54,698 nt of DNA from assembly GCA_002319885.1 (NCBI GenBank), contig DCFT01000087.1:781-55478 (forward strand). The letters run 5' to 3'. Both the position numbers and the translations under genes were made by a program. Under the pieces are notes generated by a model. That model saw nothing but the letters and a program-made list of their open reading frames with translations. It was not told the origin of the DNA and did no database searches. Shown piece by piece: positions 39,251 through 49,932 of this stretch (positions within the stretch are counted from its first letter, which is position 1; every line of letters begins with the position of its first letter). The DNA comes from Bacteroidales bacterium UBA1797 (lineage in GTDB: Bacteria > Bacteroidota > Bacteroidia > Bacteroidales > VadinHA17).

Positions 39251-39715
39251 TTATTTTTGCATATAATCTTTAATAATTTCACTTACTTTCTCGGGTGTAA
39301 GCTCAGTATATGGCAATTCATTAATAAGAATGGCCGGTGCTTTATGACACCATCCGATACAATTAGTCTCTATCAGACTGAATTGTTTGTCTGGGGTAGT
39401 TTCTCCTACTTTTATCTTAAGAATTTCTTCAATTGTATGGATTATATCGCTCTTCCCTTTCATTGAGCATGTAATTGTTTTACAAACTCTTATGACATAT
39501 TTCCCTTTCTCCTGGGTATCGAGAAAAGTGTAAAAAGAGGCTGTTCCGTAAACTTCTGCCGCAGAAATATCGAGTACTCTCGCAACTTCCACCATTGCCT
39601 CATCAGTCAGATAATTGTGTTTTTGTACAATTGCCTGAAGAATTGGCATTAGGCTCTCCCGTGCATGACCGTGCTTATCGGACAATTCCTTAACTAGATC
39701 TCCTACTTGATACAT
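39251..39715 (-). CDS. hydC: NuoE-like [2Fe-2S] hydrogenase gamma subunit
   Basis: ASFY, VCKTITC and CIGWC..AP thioredoxin-like 2Fe-2S motif. Confidence 0.92.
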   Translation of the reverse strand: MYQVGDLVKELSDKHGHARESLMPILQAIVQKHNYLTDEAMVEVARVLDISAAEVYGTASFYTFLDTQEKGKYVIRVCKTITCSMKGKSDIIHTIEEILKIKVGETTPDKQFSLIETNCIGWCHKAPAILINELPYTELTPEKVSEIIKDYMQK

Positions 39716-39835
39716 ATCTATCTAAATTTTAAGTAATTAAATGAATTTATGATCTTCAAAAACTGTGATTTTAAAGTGCTGTTAAATTAATAACAATACT
39801 TTTTAAAAAAAACTTACAAATGTCATACTTGTTAA

Positions 39836-39852
39836 TTTAGAATGATCCTAAA
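39836..39852. promoter_or_regulatory. Candidate Fur/Irr/PerR-like operator upstream of the hydrogenase operon
   Basis: TTTAGAAT-G-ATCCTAAA, an 8-1-8 inverted repeat with one mismatch. Confidence 0.4.
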
Positions 39853-39861
39853 GAACGGACA

Positions 39862-40102
39862 GTAGAGACGGCCAATTTGGGCGTCTCTATCAATTATGTT
39901 GGGCGTATCTATATATTATGTTGGGCGTCTCTATATATTATGTTGGGCGTCTCTATATATTATGTTGGGCATCTCTATATATTATGTTGGGCGTCTCATA
40001 ATTAAATATTTGTAAAAATACATCTACATAAACAAACTGATCATAATTACGTAGAGACGCCCAAATTGGGCGTCTCTACATATTATTTTGGGCGTCTCTA
40101 CA
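39862..40102. repeat. REP doublet copy 2 with internal 5 x 22-bp tandem expansion
   Basis: REP at 39862; five units of about ATATTATGTTGGGCGTCTCTAT at 39891-40000; a spacer closely similar to copy 1; REP at 40051-40079; one more half-unit to 40102. Confidence 0.9.
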
Positions 40103-40181
40103 CAGGTTTGTTTCTGTTATTCCTTGTTTGATCAATATACCTGATTTGTTAATCCTATATATTTGTACCTTAATATATAAA

Positions 40182-41066
40182 ATGGATTACCAGACAAAAC
40201 TGAAAAACATCAGACCATCTCACGAATTCTTTATCGGGATAGATTCTGACGGATGTGTATTCGATACAATGGAGATTAAGCAAAAGGAATTCTTTATCCC
40301 AGATGCATTAAAGCACTTTGAGCTTAATGCTATTGCCAAGGTATTGCGTGAGACATGGGAGTTTGTTAATCTTTATTCCATTTACAGAGGTAGTAACAGG
40401 TTCATTTCATTAATTAAGGTATTTGAACTGCTCAAAGAGAGGGAGGAGATAAATGAAAGTGGTATTAAACTGCCCGACATAAGTTCGCTTCAGCATTGGG
40501 TTAAAAATGAGACGAAACTGAGTAATACAAACCTTCGAAGATATTTTGAATTACACTACAACTCCGATCTTGAAAAGGTTTTGCTCTGGAGTGAATCTGT
40601 AAATAAAGAAATAAGCGAAAGGCTTAGAAACATCCCTCCTTTTCCTCATGCCAAATCGACAATTGTAAAGTTGCCGAAGTATGCCGATCTAATTATTGTT
40701 TCACAAACACCGCTGGAGGCGCTTGAACGGGAATGGAAGGAACACGATCTTAAGAAATTTGTCAATATTATTGCCGGGCAGGAATATGGTACTAAAACAG
40801 AGCATATAGCACTGGCGGCTAAAGGAAAATATCCGGATAATAAAATTTTAATGATCGGAGATGCCAGAGGGGACTTTGAGGCTGCAAAAAACAACGGTGT
40901 TCTGTTTTATCCTATAATACCCGGCAAAGAAGATGAATCATGGGAACGATTTAATAATGAGGGTTTTGATAAATTTATTAAAAACATTTTTGCGGGTAAT
41001 TATGAAAATAGACTCCTGAAGGACTTTCAAAAGTCTTTACCTGAAAAGCCACCCTGGCAGAAGTAA
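40182..41066 (+). CDS. HAD-superfamily hydrolase
   Basis: Motif I GIDSDGCVFD, VSQT, K and MIGDA.GD. ATG 40182 is preferred because a TATATTTG -7 element lies at 40158-40165. Confidence 0.85.
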   Translation: MDYQTKLKNIRPSHEFFIGIDSDGCVFDTMEIKQKEFFIPDALKHFELNAIAKVLRETWEFVNLYSIYRGSNRFISLIKVFELLKEREEINESGIKLPDISSLQHWVKNETKLSNTNLRRYFELHYNSDLEKVLLWSESVNKEISERLRNIPPFPHAKSTIVKLPKYADLIIVSQTPLEALEREWKEHDLKKFVNIIAGQEYGTKTEHIALAAKGKYPDNKILMIGDARGDFEAAKNNGVLFYPIIPGKEDESWERFNNEGFDKFIKNIFAGNYENRLLKDFQKSLPEKPPWQK

Positions 41067-41085
41067 TTAAGACTGCTTGTTATTA

Positions 41086-43167
41086 TTATTGATCAAGTGG
41101 CACCCATACCTCTACTCTTGTGCCAACCGCCTCCCCTGACTCGTTATAAAGATCAATTATAAAGTGCTTTATAGGCTTTTTATTTATCTGGTTCAGGATA
41201 TCATAGAATTCTCCCGCCAGCTTCAATCCTTTGCCTGTGGATGTGCTCTGTCCCTCAGCTTTTTCCCTTCCGATACCATTGTCCTCAATAGAAAGTACCA
41301 GATAATCTTTTTCCAGGTAGGCGCTGATTTTAAGTATCCCCCCTTCTGCCCTTGACATAATCCCGTGTTTAATCGCATTCTCAGCAAAAGTATGAAGGAC
41401 CAGCTTTGGAACCTGTTCCTTCTGACTTACTGAATCTCCTATTATTATTTCGTAATTGAATTTATCGCCAAATCTTAGTTTTTCAAGCTCAAGGTATGTG
41501 GTAACAAACAAAAGCTCTTCGCTAAGACTCCTGTATATACGCTCGGCATCATTTGTCAGTCCTCGCAGGAGTTGAGTGAACTTATTCATAAAGTCATAAG
41601 CTAACTGACGATCTTCAAGGTAAATAAGTGAAGCAATAGAGTTAAGAGTATTAAAAATGAAATGAGGATCGAGCTGTGATTTGATTCCTTGTAATTGTAA
41701 TGTGACTAACCTGCGGTTTAAGCTTTCTTTCTGAACAACCTGGAGTGTATTGATCCTTTTTATCAGAATAATGAAAAGCAAGACTACAATATATATACCG
41801 GGGTATGCCAAATAACCAAAATAAAAGTACCTGTTTCTTTTTATATTCATGAAGTAACCATTTCCACTTCCAGCGTTCAGAAATAATCTATCTCCATGTT
41901 TTTTAGATGAATAAAGTGAAAACCTGAATATATTTTCAGATCCTTTAAGCTTTGTATCTGCAAGCTTCCGCAGATCCGTATCATATACAGCCAGCTTTTC
42001 TTCATCTACAGAATAAAAAATCAACTCCTCTTCCCCATCAAAATTAATATCGACATGGTAAAATCTGTAATGTGAATTGAATGGAGATTTTATCTCATTG
42101 ACAATTTCAAATTTATCATTTAGTTCTAGAAAAACTGAACCAAAAAGATAAATCCTGTCTTTATTCTTATTATTTAGTACCGCAATATTTGAGAAGTTGG
42201 TCAAACCTAAATCACTAAACAGCCTTTCCCTGATTATTTTTCTCTCTGATGAAAAAAGCATAATTCTGGGTTTAAGTACTGATGTATCGGCTGATTCTGT
42301 TGTATAAGATACTAAATACCCCTTAAATCCACTTTGTGAATAAGCCTCTGTTTCCAGACGACTGGTAAGTCCGGGAAACTCCATAGGCGGAAATTTAAAG
42401 TTCAGACTGTCATTAAATATCAACAGCCAGCCACTCCAGTCACTATATGGGTACCACGTTTTGGAATTTCCGCCTGCGCCAATTAATCCAAAAATTTCTG
42501 GTCTGCCATCACCGTCAACATCAACCATCTTTGGAAACTGGAACATTACACCAGTCAATTCACTTGATTTTAATCTCCTGCTAACAATATCATAAGAATA
42601 GAGTCGACGGGGTTCAACACCAAAACCCGTCTGGATGCTGAAGAAGAGTTCGTCTTTACCGTCGCCATTCGTATCATAAAAACCTGCTGGAAAGACAATG
42701 GAAGTTACCTTTTTATTTATAACCTTTATTTTTGCTATGTATATATGATTCGACTTTATTCCCTCAGGATCAAAAAATTCATTGATATTTAGAAACAGTG
42801 AATCATTTTTGTAAGTAAAAATGTATATTTCTTTATAACGATCATGGTCAAAATTCCCAAAAAAAAAGTCTGAAAGATCCGGGTCTATGCTATCAGGCAA
42901 ATTCCACTGATCATATATCCGTATGTCATTATCCATTATCAGAATATTAAAATAAGGAACTCCTTTTCCTGAACGGATAATTTCCGATATGGAATCTGAA
43001 TTCAGATCTTCGTAGACATTTTGAGATGAATTTTTATCCACAGGTTCAACCGATAATTTGTATTTTGAACCTAACGGAGGAAGAAACAACATTATAAGAA
43101 TAGCAGGAATTGCGGCATGAAATGCTGAAGAATAGATGATTTTCTTTACAATTGACCCACCCCTCAT
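41086..43167 (-). CDS. LytS-type sensor histidine kinase with FG-GAP/VCBS-like repeat ectodomain
   Basis: QLDPHFIFNTLNSI, YLELEKLRF, ENAIKHG, DNGIG and GKGL. Two TM segments flank DxxGDGxxE repeats. Confidence 0.88.
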   Translation of the reverse strand: MRGGSIVKKIIYSSAFHAAIPAILIMLFLPPLGSKYKLSVEPVDKNSSQNVYEDLNSDSISEIIRSGKGVPYFNILIMDNDIRIYDQWNLPDSIDPDLSDFFFGNFDHDRYKEIYIFTYKNDSLFLNINEFFDPEGIKSNHIYIAKIKVINKKVTSIVFPAGFYDTNGDGKDELFFSIQTGFGVEPRRLYSYDIVSRRLKSSELTGVMFQFPKMVDVDGDGRPEIFGLIGAGGNSKTWYPYSDWSGWLLIFNDSLNFKFPPMEFPGLTSRLETEAYSQSGFKGYLVSYTTESADTSVLKPRIMLFSSERKIIRERLFSDLGLTNFSNIAVLNNKNKDRIYLFGSVFLELNDKFEIVNEIKSPFNSHYRFYHVDINFDGEEELIFYSVDEEKLAVYDTDLRKLADTKLKGSENIFRFSLYSSKKHGDRLFLNAGSGNGYFMNIKRNRYFYFGYLAYPGIYIVVLLFIILIKRINTLQVVQKESLNRRLVTLQLQGIKSQLDPHFIFNTLNSIASLIYLEDRQLAYDFMNKFTQLLRGLTNDAERIYRSLSEELLFVTTYLELEKLRFGDKFNYEIIIGDSVSQKEQVPKLVLHTFAENAIKHGIMSRAEGGILKISAYLEKDYLVLSIEDNGIGREKAEGQSTSTGKGLKLAGEFYDILNQINKKPIKHFIIDLYNESGEAVGTRVEVWVPLDQ

Positions 43168-43170
43168 TTT

Positions 43171-43911
43171 TTATAAAATATCAAGATCCTTTATATGTTG
43201 TCTGGGTATTTTTATTGTCGCTGTTTCTCCCTCTCTCACTAAGGAAATTGTACATTCTTTGCGATCAAGCATCGTTATGTGCTCGAAATTAATAATATAA
43301 GACCTTCCTATTCTGATAAAACCATTTTTCGGAAGCAGTTCTGCAACCTTTCCAAGATTCATTGAACAGAGATGTTGCTTTTTACCGGTACAAACAGCTG
43401 TATAATTACCTTCAGCTTTACAATATAGTATATCATCGGGATTAATAAAAAGGGTACCAGTCCTTGTATTAACCCTGATTCTGGTTATACGCTCATTTGT
43501 TTTAATAATTTTTAAAGTTCCACCTTTATCAGTATCATTATTTTTCCTGTCGATGACTCTTTGAAGACATTGTTTTAGCTCTTTCCGGTTTACTGGTTTA
43601 AGGAGATAGTCAAATGCCTGGCTTTTTATAGCCTTTATTGCATACTGGTCATAAGCAGTCACGAAAACAATTTTGTATATTTTGTACTTCTGAGGCAGTT
43701 CCTGAATGAAAGCAAACCCATCTTTCCCCGGCATTTTGATATCGAGAAATATGATATCCGGTTCAAACAGGTTTAATTCATTATAAGCACTGTCGACTGA
43801 TGAAGCCAGCCTGATATTTTTGAATAAAAGTGTTTCTTCAAGTAACTTATTTAGCAATATTCTGGCGTTCTCCTCATCGTCGATGATTAAAGCATTCAAC
43901 ATTTGTTCCAT
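43171..43911 (-). CDS. LytTR-family response regulator
   Basis: IIDDE, FLDIKMP, FVTAYD, DYLLKP; C-terminal AEGNY..FIRI.RSYIIN. Confidence 0.92.
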   Translation of the reverse strand: MEQMLNALIIDDEENARILLNKLLEETLLFKNIRLASSVDSAYNELNLFEPDIIFLDIKMPGKDGFAFIQELPQKYKIYKIVFVTAYDQYAIKAIKSQAFDYLLKPVNRKELKQCLQRVIDRKNNDTDKGGTLKIIKTNERITRIRVNTRTGTLFINPDDILYCKAEGNYTAVCTGKKQHLCSMNLGKVAELLPKNGFIRIGRSYIINFEHITMLDRKECTISLVREGETATIKIPRQHIKDLDIL

Positions 43912-44114
43912 AAATCAGGCAGGTTAGACTTTTCAGGTTAAATGTACAAAAAGTTATCAAACGATAACTACCACAACCGCAATTTTTTAAATTTATTGAA
44001 CACACTTATTATAGTATCTGCTGGTAATACCTGCATTGTATCACAATTTGTTTTTTTCTCTCGATGAATAATCATATTTTTGTTAGCAATGAACCAAAAT
44101 TTAATTCTAATTTA

Positions 44115-46157
44115 ATGAAAATCGATATAAATAAAAAAGCAGCCGACAACATACGTATTCTGTCCATGTCGATGGTAGAGAAATCAAAATCGGGGCATCC
44201 GGGTGGCGCTATGGGGGGTGCTGATTATATCCATATCCTCTTTTCAGAGTTTCTGAATTTTGATCCAAATGATCCGGCGTGGATAAATCGTGACCGTTTT
44301 TTTCTTGATCCCGGACATATGTCACCTATGCTCTATTCCGTTCTTTCTCTTATTGGCCACTTTTCGGTTGAGGAACTAAAGAATTTCCGCCAATGGGGAA
44401 GTCCGACACCGGGTCATCCCGAACTCGACATAATGAGGGGAATCGAAAACACGTCCGGTCCGCTCGGACAGGGTCATACAATGGCAGTGGGTGCAGCAAT
44501 TGCTGAAAGATTTCTTGTAGCAAGATTTGGTGAACTATTTGCACATAAGATATTTACCTATATTTCTGATGGAGGAGTTCAGGAAGAGATTTCACAGGGG
44601 GCTGGCCGACTGGCAGGCTTTCTTGGTCTCAGTAATTTAATCATGTTTTACGATTCAAATGATATCCAGCTTTCAACTGAAACCAATGCAGTAACTATTG
44701 AAGACACTGCAATGAAGTATACTGCATGGGGTTGGAATGTCATTAAAATAGATGGTAATGATCAAAATCAGATCAGAGCAGCACTTTCTTCTGCGGTCAG
44801 CCAAAAGAATAAACCTACCATTATCATCGGTAAAACCATAATGGGAAAAGGCCTTCTTGATAAAGACGGAAATAGTTTTGAGAGAAAGACTTCAACACAC
44901 GGGATGCCTGTAAGTGAAGCCGGAGGATCTTATGAAAAATCATTAATCAATCTTGGGGGAGATATCACCGATCCGTTCCAGATCTTCAGTGATGTCAAAG
45001 AATTTTATACAAAAGTGGTTGGACAAAAGCATAAGTACGCTTCAGAATGGAAAAAACAAAGAGAAGAATGGGCAGTTAAAAATACGGAGCTTGACAGGAA
45101 ACTAAACTCTTTCTATTCGGGTGAGATTCCTGAAATTGACTACAAATCTATTGTTCAAAAAGAAGATTCTGCAACTAGAGCAGCCTCATCATCAGTTCTT
45201 GGTGTGCTGGCAGGTAAGTTAGAGAATATGATTGTTGCTTCAGCCGATCTCTCAAACTCCGATAAAACAGATGGATTTCTGAAAAAAACTCACCCATTCA
45301 CTAAAGGAGACTTCTCAGGCGCTTTTCTGCAGGCCGGCGTATCGGAACTGACAATGGCAGCTGTAATGAATGGACTGGCACTCCATGGCGGTATAATACC
45401 CGCATGCGGAACGTTTTTCGTTTTTTCCGACTATATGAAACCAGCCGTTAGACTGGCTTGTCTGATGGGTCTACCTGTGAAATATTTATGGACTCACGAT
45501 GCCTTCCGTGTGGGAGAAGACGGTCCTACGCACCAACCGGTTGAACAAGAAGCTCAATTACGACTTATGGAGCATCTTAAAAATCATCATGGAGAAAACA
45601 GTATGATCGTACTGCGACCTGCAGATTCTGCTGAGACAACAGTTGCATGGAAAATAGCTCTGGAGAACCATAAAACTCCGACTGCTCTCATATTGTCGAG
45701 ACAGAATATAAAAGATATTCCTCCTCAGGGCGATAACAGATATACCGAAGCCTTACAATCGGAAAAAGGGGCATATATAGTTCAAAATTGCACAGGTAAC
45801 CCTGATGTTATTCTAATTGCCAGTGGTTCGGAAGTAGCTACGCTTGTAGATGGAGCATTGCTTCTGAAAAACGACAAACTTAAAGTCAGAATCATATCAG
45901 CTCCGTCAGAAGGACTTTTCAGAAATCAATCCGGGAGCTATAAGAAAGCTATACTTCCTGATGATGTACCCATATTCGGTCTTACAGCTGGCTTGCCAGT
46001 AACTCTTCAGGGCCTTGTCGGGCCGAAAGGAGTTATATGGGGAATGAAGAGCTTTGGATATTCTGCTCCTTATAAAGTTCTTGATGAAAAATTAGGCTTT
46101 ACGGCTGAAAATGTATACAGACAGGTCAAAGATTATCTTATAAAGATTAATGGCTAA
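44115..46157 (+). CDS. tkt: Transketolase
   Basis: SGHPGGAMG, DRFFLDPGH, TPGHPE, GPLGQG, GEDGPTHQPVEQ and LRPAD. Start placed after the TATTTTTG -7 element at 44075-44082. Confidence 0.96.
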   Translation: MKIDINKKAADNIRILSMSMVEKSKSGHPGGAMGGADYIHILFSEFLNFDPNDPAWINRDRFFLDPGHMSPMLYSVLSLIGHFSVEELKNFRQWGSPTPGHPELDIMRGIENTSGPLGQGHTMAVGAAIAERFLVARFGELFAHKIFTYISDGGVQEEISQGAGRLAGFLGLSNLIMFYDSNDIQLSTETNAVTIEDTAMKYTAWGWNVIKIDGNDQNQIRAALSSAVSQKNKPTIIIGKTIMGKGLLDKDGNSFERKTSTHGMPVSEAGGSYEKSLINLGGDITDPFQIFSDVKEFYTKVVGQKHKYASEWKKQREEWAVKNTELDRKLNSFYSGEIPEIDYKSIVQKEDSATRAASSSVLGVLAGKLENMIVASADLSNSDKTDGFLKKTHPFTKGDFSGAFLQAGVSELTMAAVMNGLALHGGIIPACGTFFVFSDYMKPAVRLACLMGLPVKYLWTHDAFRVGEDGPTHQPVEQEAQLRLMEHLKNHHGENSMIVLRPADSAETTVAWKIALENHKTPTALILSRQNIKDIPPQGDNRYTEALQSEKGAYIVQNCTGNPDVILIASGSEVATLVDGALLLKNDKLKVRIISAPSEGLFRNQSGSYKKAILPDDVPIFGLTAGLPVTLQGLVGPKGVIWGMKSFGYSAPYKVLDEKLGFTAENVYRQVKDYLIKING

Positions 46158-46165
46158 AAGACCTT

Positions 46166-49100
46166 TTATCTTTTATGGATGAATTCTGAAATTTTATCCA
46201 TGAGGCTCTTTTTGTTAATAGGTTTACTGAGATACCCATCACAACCTGCTGCCATAGTTCGTTCCTCATCTCCCGACATAGCGTACGCGGTTATTGCAAT
46301 AATATGAACATTCGGGTTTATCAATTTTATCTGTCGTGTAGCTTCAAACCCATCTATTTCAGGCATCTTCATGTCCATGAGTATCAATGCAATATCCCGA
46401 TTAGCTTTAAAGAGTTCAATAGCTTCCCTTCCATTTGAGGCATGTAAAACTTCCGCTTCTGTCTCTCTGGTAATTAAAGCATTAAGATAATAGAAATTTG
46501 TATCATCATCTTCAGCCACCAGAATTGTTGATCGTTTTGCAGTATTTATGGAATCTATTACTGTGTTACCCGGGGAACTGAGTTTAGTGCCTGTTTTTAA
46601 CGGAATTGTCAGGAAAAAAGATGATCCAACACCCGGCTCCGATTCGAGTCTGACTTTAGCTCCTATTGCATCAGACATTCCCTGGGCTATTGACAATCCG
46701 AGTCCACTACCTTCTAAAACCCTGTACGAGCTGTGATCCTCTTTCATAAACATGTTAAAAATAATATCAAAAGAATCCTGATTTATGCCAATACCTGTGT
46801 CTCTTACAAAAAATTCAATTCCCCCCTCCTTAACATTAAACCCAAGTTGAACAGATCCTCTCTCCGTAAATTTGACGGCATTATCCATAAAATGGGAAAG
46901 GATTTTCTGCAGAATCTCAGGATCGGAATTGATAACATAATTATCGTAATTTTCAGGAATCTGAAGTGTAAATTCAAGTCTTTTATTCTGGCACAGATGT
47001 TCAAAATTGTCGTAGATTTTTTTTAGAAGAAGTGCCGGATTCATATTTTTACTGTTAACCGACAAACTGCCTGATGTGATCAGAGAGATATCCATATAGT
47101 TGGTTATCGTATTCAGTAACCTGTTGCTGCTTTCAAAAAGCATTGCCATAGAATCCTTCTTCTCTTCTTCCGACAGACCCTGAATAGAAATTATTTCAGC
47201 AAAGCCGAGTATTCCATTAAGCGGTGTTCGCACTTCATGTGAAATATTATTAAGAAAATCAGTCTTAAGCTTATCACTGGCTTCAGCTTTTTCCTTTGCC
47301 AGTTTAAGCGCTTCAGTAACATTTTTCCGGTCGGTAATATCATGCAGACTTCCGATTATTTTTGCAGGATTCAGATTTGTATCAAAGACAAGCTTTGCTG
47401 AGATGGAACATGGAACAGTAGAACCATCTCTGTTTTTAAGTGTGATTTCAAAGTCTGCAATAGTTCCTTTATTATTTAATTCTGTCAGAATAGTTTGTCT
47501 TTCGATAGGATCAGAATAAAAATCGAACATCGACTTCCCGATAAGATCATCCATTTGATACAGACCTTTAGACAGAATTGAGATAGAAGGACTGACTTCA
47601 AGAATTGTTCCGTCGATTAATGTCTCGTAATATACATCCTGAACATTTTCAAAAATACTGCGGTATTTTCTTTCGCTCGCAGTTATGGCTTCCTCTGATT
47701 TTTTATGATCGGTAATATCAGTAATTGTACCAATATAACCAGTAACTTCATTGCCGGCCATTTCAGGAACTGCGTTTCCAATAACCCATCGGATGGTTCC
47801 ATCCGGTTTTAGAAAACGGTATTCAGCTATTGAAGTTATTTTGAGTTGAACATCTTTTTGCCACTTCCCCGCCAGAGCTTCTTTGTCATCAGGATGTACG
47901 GCTTTTAACCACCCAAATCCAAGAGCCTCTTCGTAACTTAATCCCGATAATTCAAGCCATTTGGGATTCACATATGTAGTAAATCCATCGGATTGCGTTC
48001 TGAAAATACCAACAGGTGAGGTTTTAGCGAGAGTCTCGAATAGCTTCTGACTCCTACTCAAAGCCTCCTCCATGTCTTTTCGTTCAGTAATATCCGTTAT
48101 AAATCCCTCAAGATATTCAAGTTTGCCCTTTGGGTTGAATATTCCTTCTCCCTTTTCCCAAACCCATTTGGTTTCGCCGCTTTTTGTTACAATCCTGTAA
48201 GTAATCTTATAATGTTTTTTGTTTTTTATTGCGCTATTGACCTCTGCGAAAACAAAATCTCTGTCATCTTTATGGATCAGGTCGCTGTATGAAATTTTGC
48301 TGTTAAGGAGTAAATCTTCCGGAGGGTAACCGGTCAAATGCCTGGCTCCTTCACTGAGGAACTCCATGGTATAATATTTATCCTTCCTGCATCTGTAAAC
48401 CAGACCATGAAGATTGCTGATAAGTGTTTTAACTGACCTGTGAGTTTCTCTGAGTTCATCTTCCGCTTCTTTGCGATCGGTAATATCAAGTACTGTAAAC
48501 GTGAATCCATTTGAATGATCATTTTTATCAAGTGGAGCAAGACTAAAAATCACATCCAGGATCTTCCCGTCTTTGCGCTTAATTTTTGTTTCCACTGACC
48601 CTTTCCCACCAGTTATTATTTGTTGCAATAACTGTTCGCGGGCAATCAAAAAATCTTTCTCAGATTCGTATAAAATTTTGGGAGATTTCCCTATTATTTC
48701 CTTTCTGCGATATTGGACCATACTGCAGAATGTATCGTTAACTTCAATCAGTACCATGTTTACCTCAAGTCCAATTCCGACCGGGGCTGCACTGAAAATA
48801 CTCTGGAGTTTCTGCTCGTTCTCTTTTAAAAGCAGTTCAGAAGCTCTTTTCTCACTATTTATATATACCTGCTCCAATGCTTCTTTTACAGCGAATGGCA
48901 GTCTTGCAGAATGCTCTTTAATAACATAATCTTTCGCTCCTGCCTTAATACATTCAACTGCCGTCTCTTCATTTACAGAACCGGTATAAAGAATAAAAGG
49001 CAGGTCGGGGTTGAATTCCTTAGTTGCTTTAAGAGCCTGAAGCCCGTTAAAAGCAGGCATCATATAATCAGAAATAATAATATCGGGTTTGAATTCAGCC

Positions 49101-49243
49101 AACGCTTTTAATAAATCTTTCCTGGTACAAACAGTAGTGAATTCAAATTTAATTTTCTCCTTCCGCAATTCAATGACTGCCAGATCGACGTCTGAAGGCA
49201 CATCCTCCACAAATAGGATTTTCAGCAGATTCTTTTGAATCAT
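46166..49243 (-). CDS. Hybrid sensor kinase, REC-PAS(x4)-HisKA-HATPase-REC
   Basis: N-terminal REC (VED, ISDY.MP); repeated DIT.RK PAS ends; [10 protein letters not shown]; DTGIG; GSGLGL; C-terminal REC (LMDMKMP). Confidence 0.92.
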   Translation of the reverse strand: MIQKNLLKILFVEDVPSDVDLAVIELRKEKIKFEFTTVCTRKDLLKALAEFKPDIIISDYMMPAFNGLQALKATKEFNPDLPFILYTGSVNEETAVECIKAGAKDYVIKEHSARLPFAVKEALEQVYINSEKRASELLLKENEQKLQSIFSAAPVGIGLEVNMVLIEVNDTFCSMVQYRRKEIIGKSPKILYESEKDFLIAREQLLQQIITGGKGSVETKIKRKDGKILDVIFSLAPLDKNDHSNGFTFTVLDITDRKEAEDELRETHRSVKTLISNLHGLVYRCRKDKYYTMEFLSEGARHLTGYPPEDLLLNSKISYSDLIHKDDRDFVFAEVNSAIKNKKHYKITYRIVTKSGETKWVWEKGEGIFNPKGKLEYLEGFITDITERKDMEEALSRSQKLFETLAKTSPVGIFRTQSDGFTTYVNPKWLELSGLSYEEALGFGWLKAVHPDDKEALAGKWQKDVQLKITSIAEYRFLKPDGTIRWVIGNAVPEMAGNEVTGYIGTITDITDHKKSEEAITASERKYRSIFENVQDVYYETLIDGTILEVSPSISILSKGLYQMDDLIGKSMFDFYSDPIERQTILTELNNKGTIADFEITLKNRDGSTVPCSISAKLVFDTNLNPAKIIGSLHDITDRKNVTEALKLAKEKAEASDKLKTDFLNNISHEVRTPLNGILGFAEIISIQGLSEEEKKDSMAMLFESSNRLLNTITNYMDISLITSGSLSVNSKNMNPALLLKKIYDNFEHLCQNKRLEFTLQIPENYDNYVINSDPEILQKILSHFMDNAVKFTERGSVQLGFNVKEGGIEFFVRDTGIGINQDSFDIIFNMFMKEDHSSYRVLEGSGLGLSIAQGMSDAIGAKVRLESEPGVGSSFFLTIPLKTGTKLSSPGNTVIDSINTAKRSTILVAEDDDTNFYYLNALITRETEAEVLHASNGREAIELFKANRDIALILMDMKMPEIDGFEATRQIKLINPNVHIIAITAYAMSGDEERTMAAGCDGYLSKPINKKSLMDKISEFIHKR

Positions 49244-49695
49244 TTGATAAGGTCTTTTATGTCTGGTTGCTGATTCAGAAGAAGCCAGTAAAATCCGATT
49301 TCCCTTACTGAATCAATGAAATTATCAAAATTGACAGGTTTCACAATATAACTATTTACTCCAAGACTATAACTCTCAACCATATCCCTTTCTTCATGTG
49401 ATGAAGTGAGAACCACCACAGGAATAAGTTTTGTTACCGGATCGGCTTTAATCACCTTAAGTACTTCCAGTCCATCTATCTTCGGTAATTTCAAATCGAG
49501 TAAGATAAGTTTAGGAATATTCAGACTGTTATCCGATTTATAGGACTTACGCGCAAAGATATAATCGAGCGCTTCTTCACCGTCGCAGGCCCTTACAACA
49601 TTATTGGACAGATTATTTTTTTTCAGAGCTCTCAATGCCAATTCAGCATCATTTGGATTGTCTTCTACCAGGAGAATTTCAATTTCATTTTTCAT
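49240..49695 (-). CDS. Single-domain response regulator (Rcp1-like)
   Basis: [32 protein letters not shown] and YWL. Confidence 0.92.
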   Translation of the reverse strand: MKNEIEILLVEDNPNDAELALRALKKNNLSNNVVRACDGEEALDYIFARKSYKSDNSLNIPKLILLDLKLPKIDGLEVLKVIKADPVTKLIPVVVLTSSHEERDMVESYSLGVNSYIVKPVNFDNFIDSVREIGFYWLLLNQQPDIKDLIK

Positions 49696-49932
49696 ATCTG
49701 AAACTAAATTTGAAATAATAATAATTAATTGTGTAGCATGGGTACTATAATTAAACTTCTAAAGTTGCATCTTCAACAAAATATCATTTATTTGACGATC
49801 AAGAAAGATGATACAATTTACAGCTAAATTATTTAATACTCTCCAGAAATCTTTAAAAGGTAAATAGTGATTACTGGTTTCAATTCTTCACATCTCATAT
49901 CACATATTTCACTCCTCACCACCTACTTCTTA

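Noticed and set aside
39862-40102. CRISPR array
   Set aside because: Units are contiguous 22-bp repeats without unique spacers, derive from the REP arm, and there are no cas genes.
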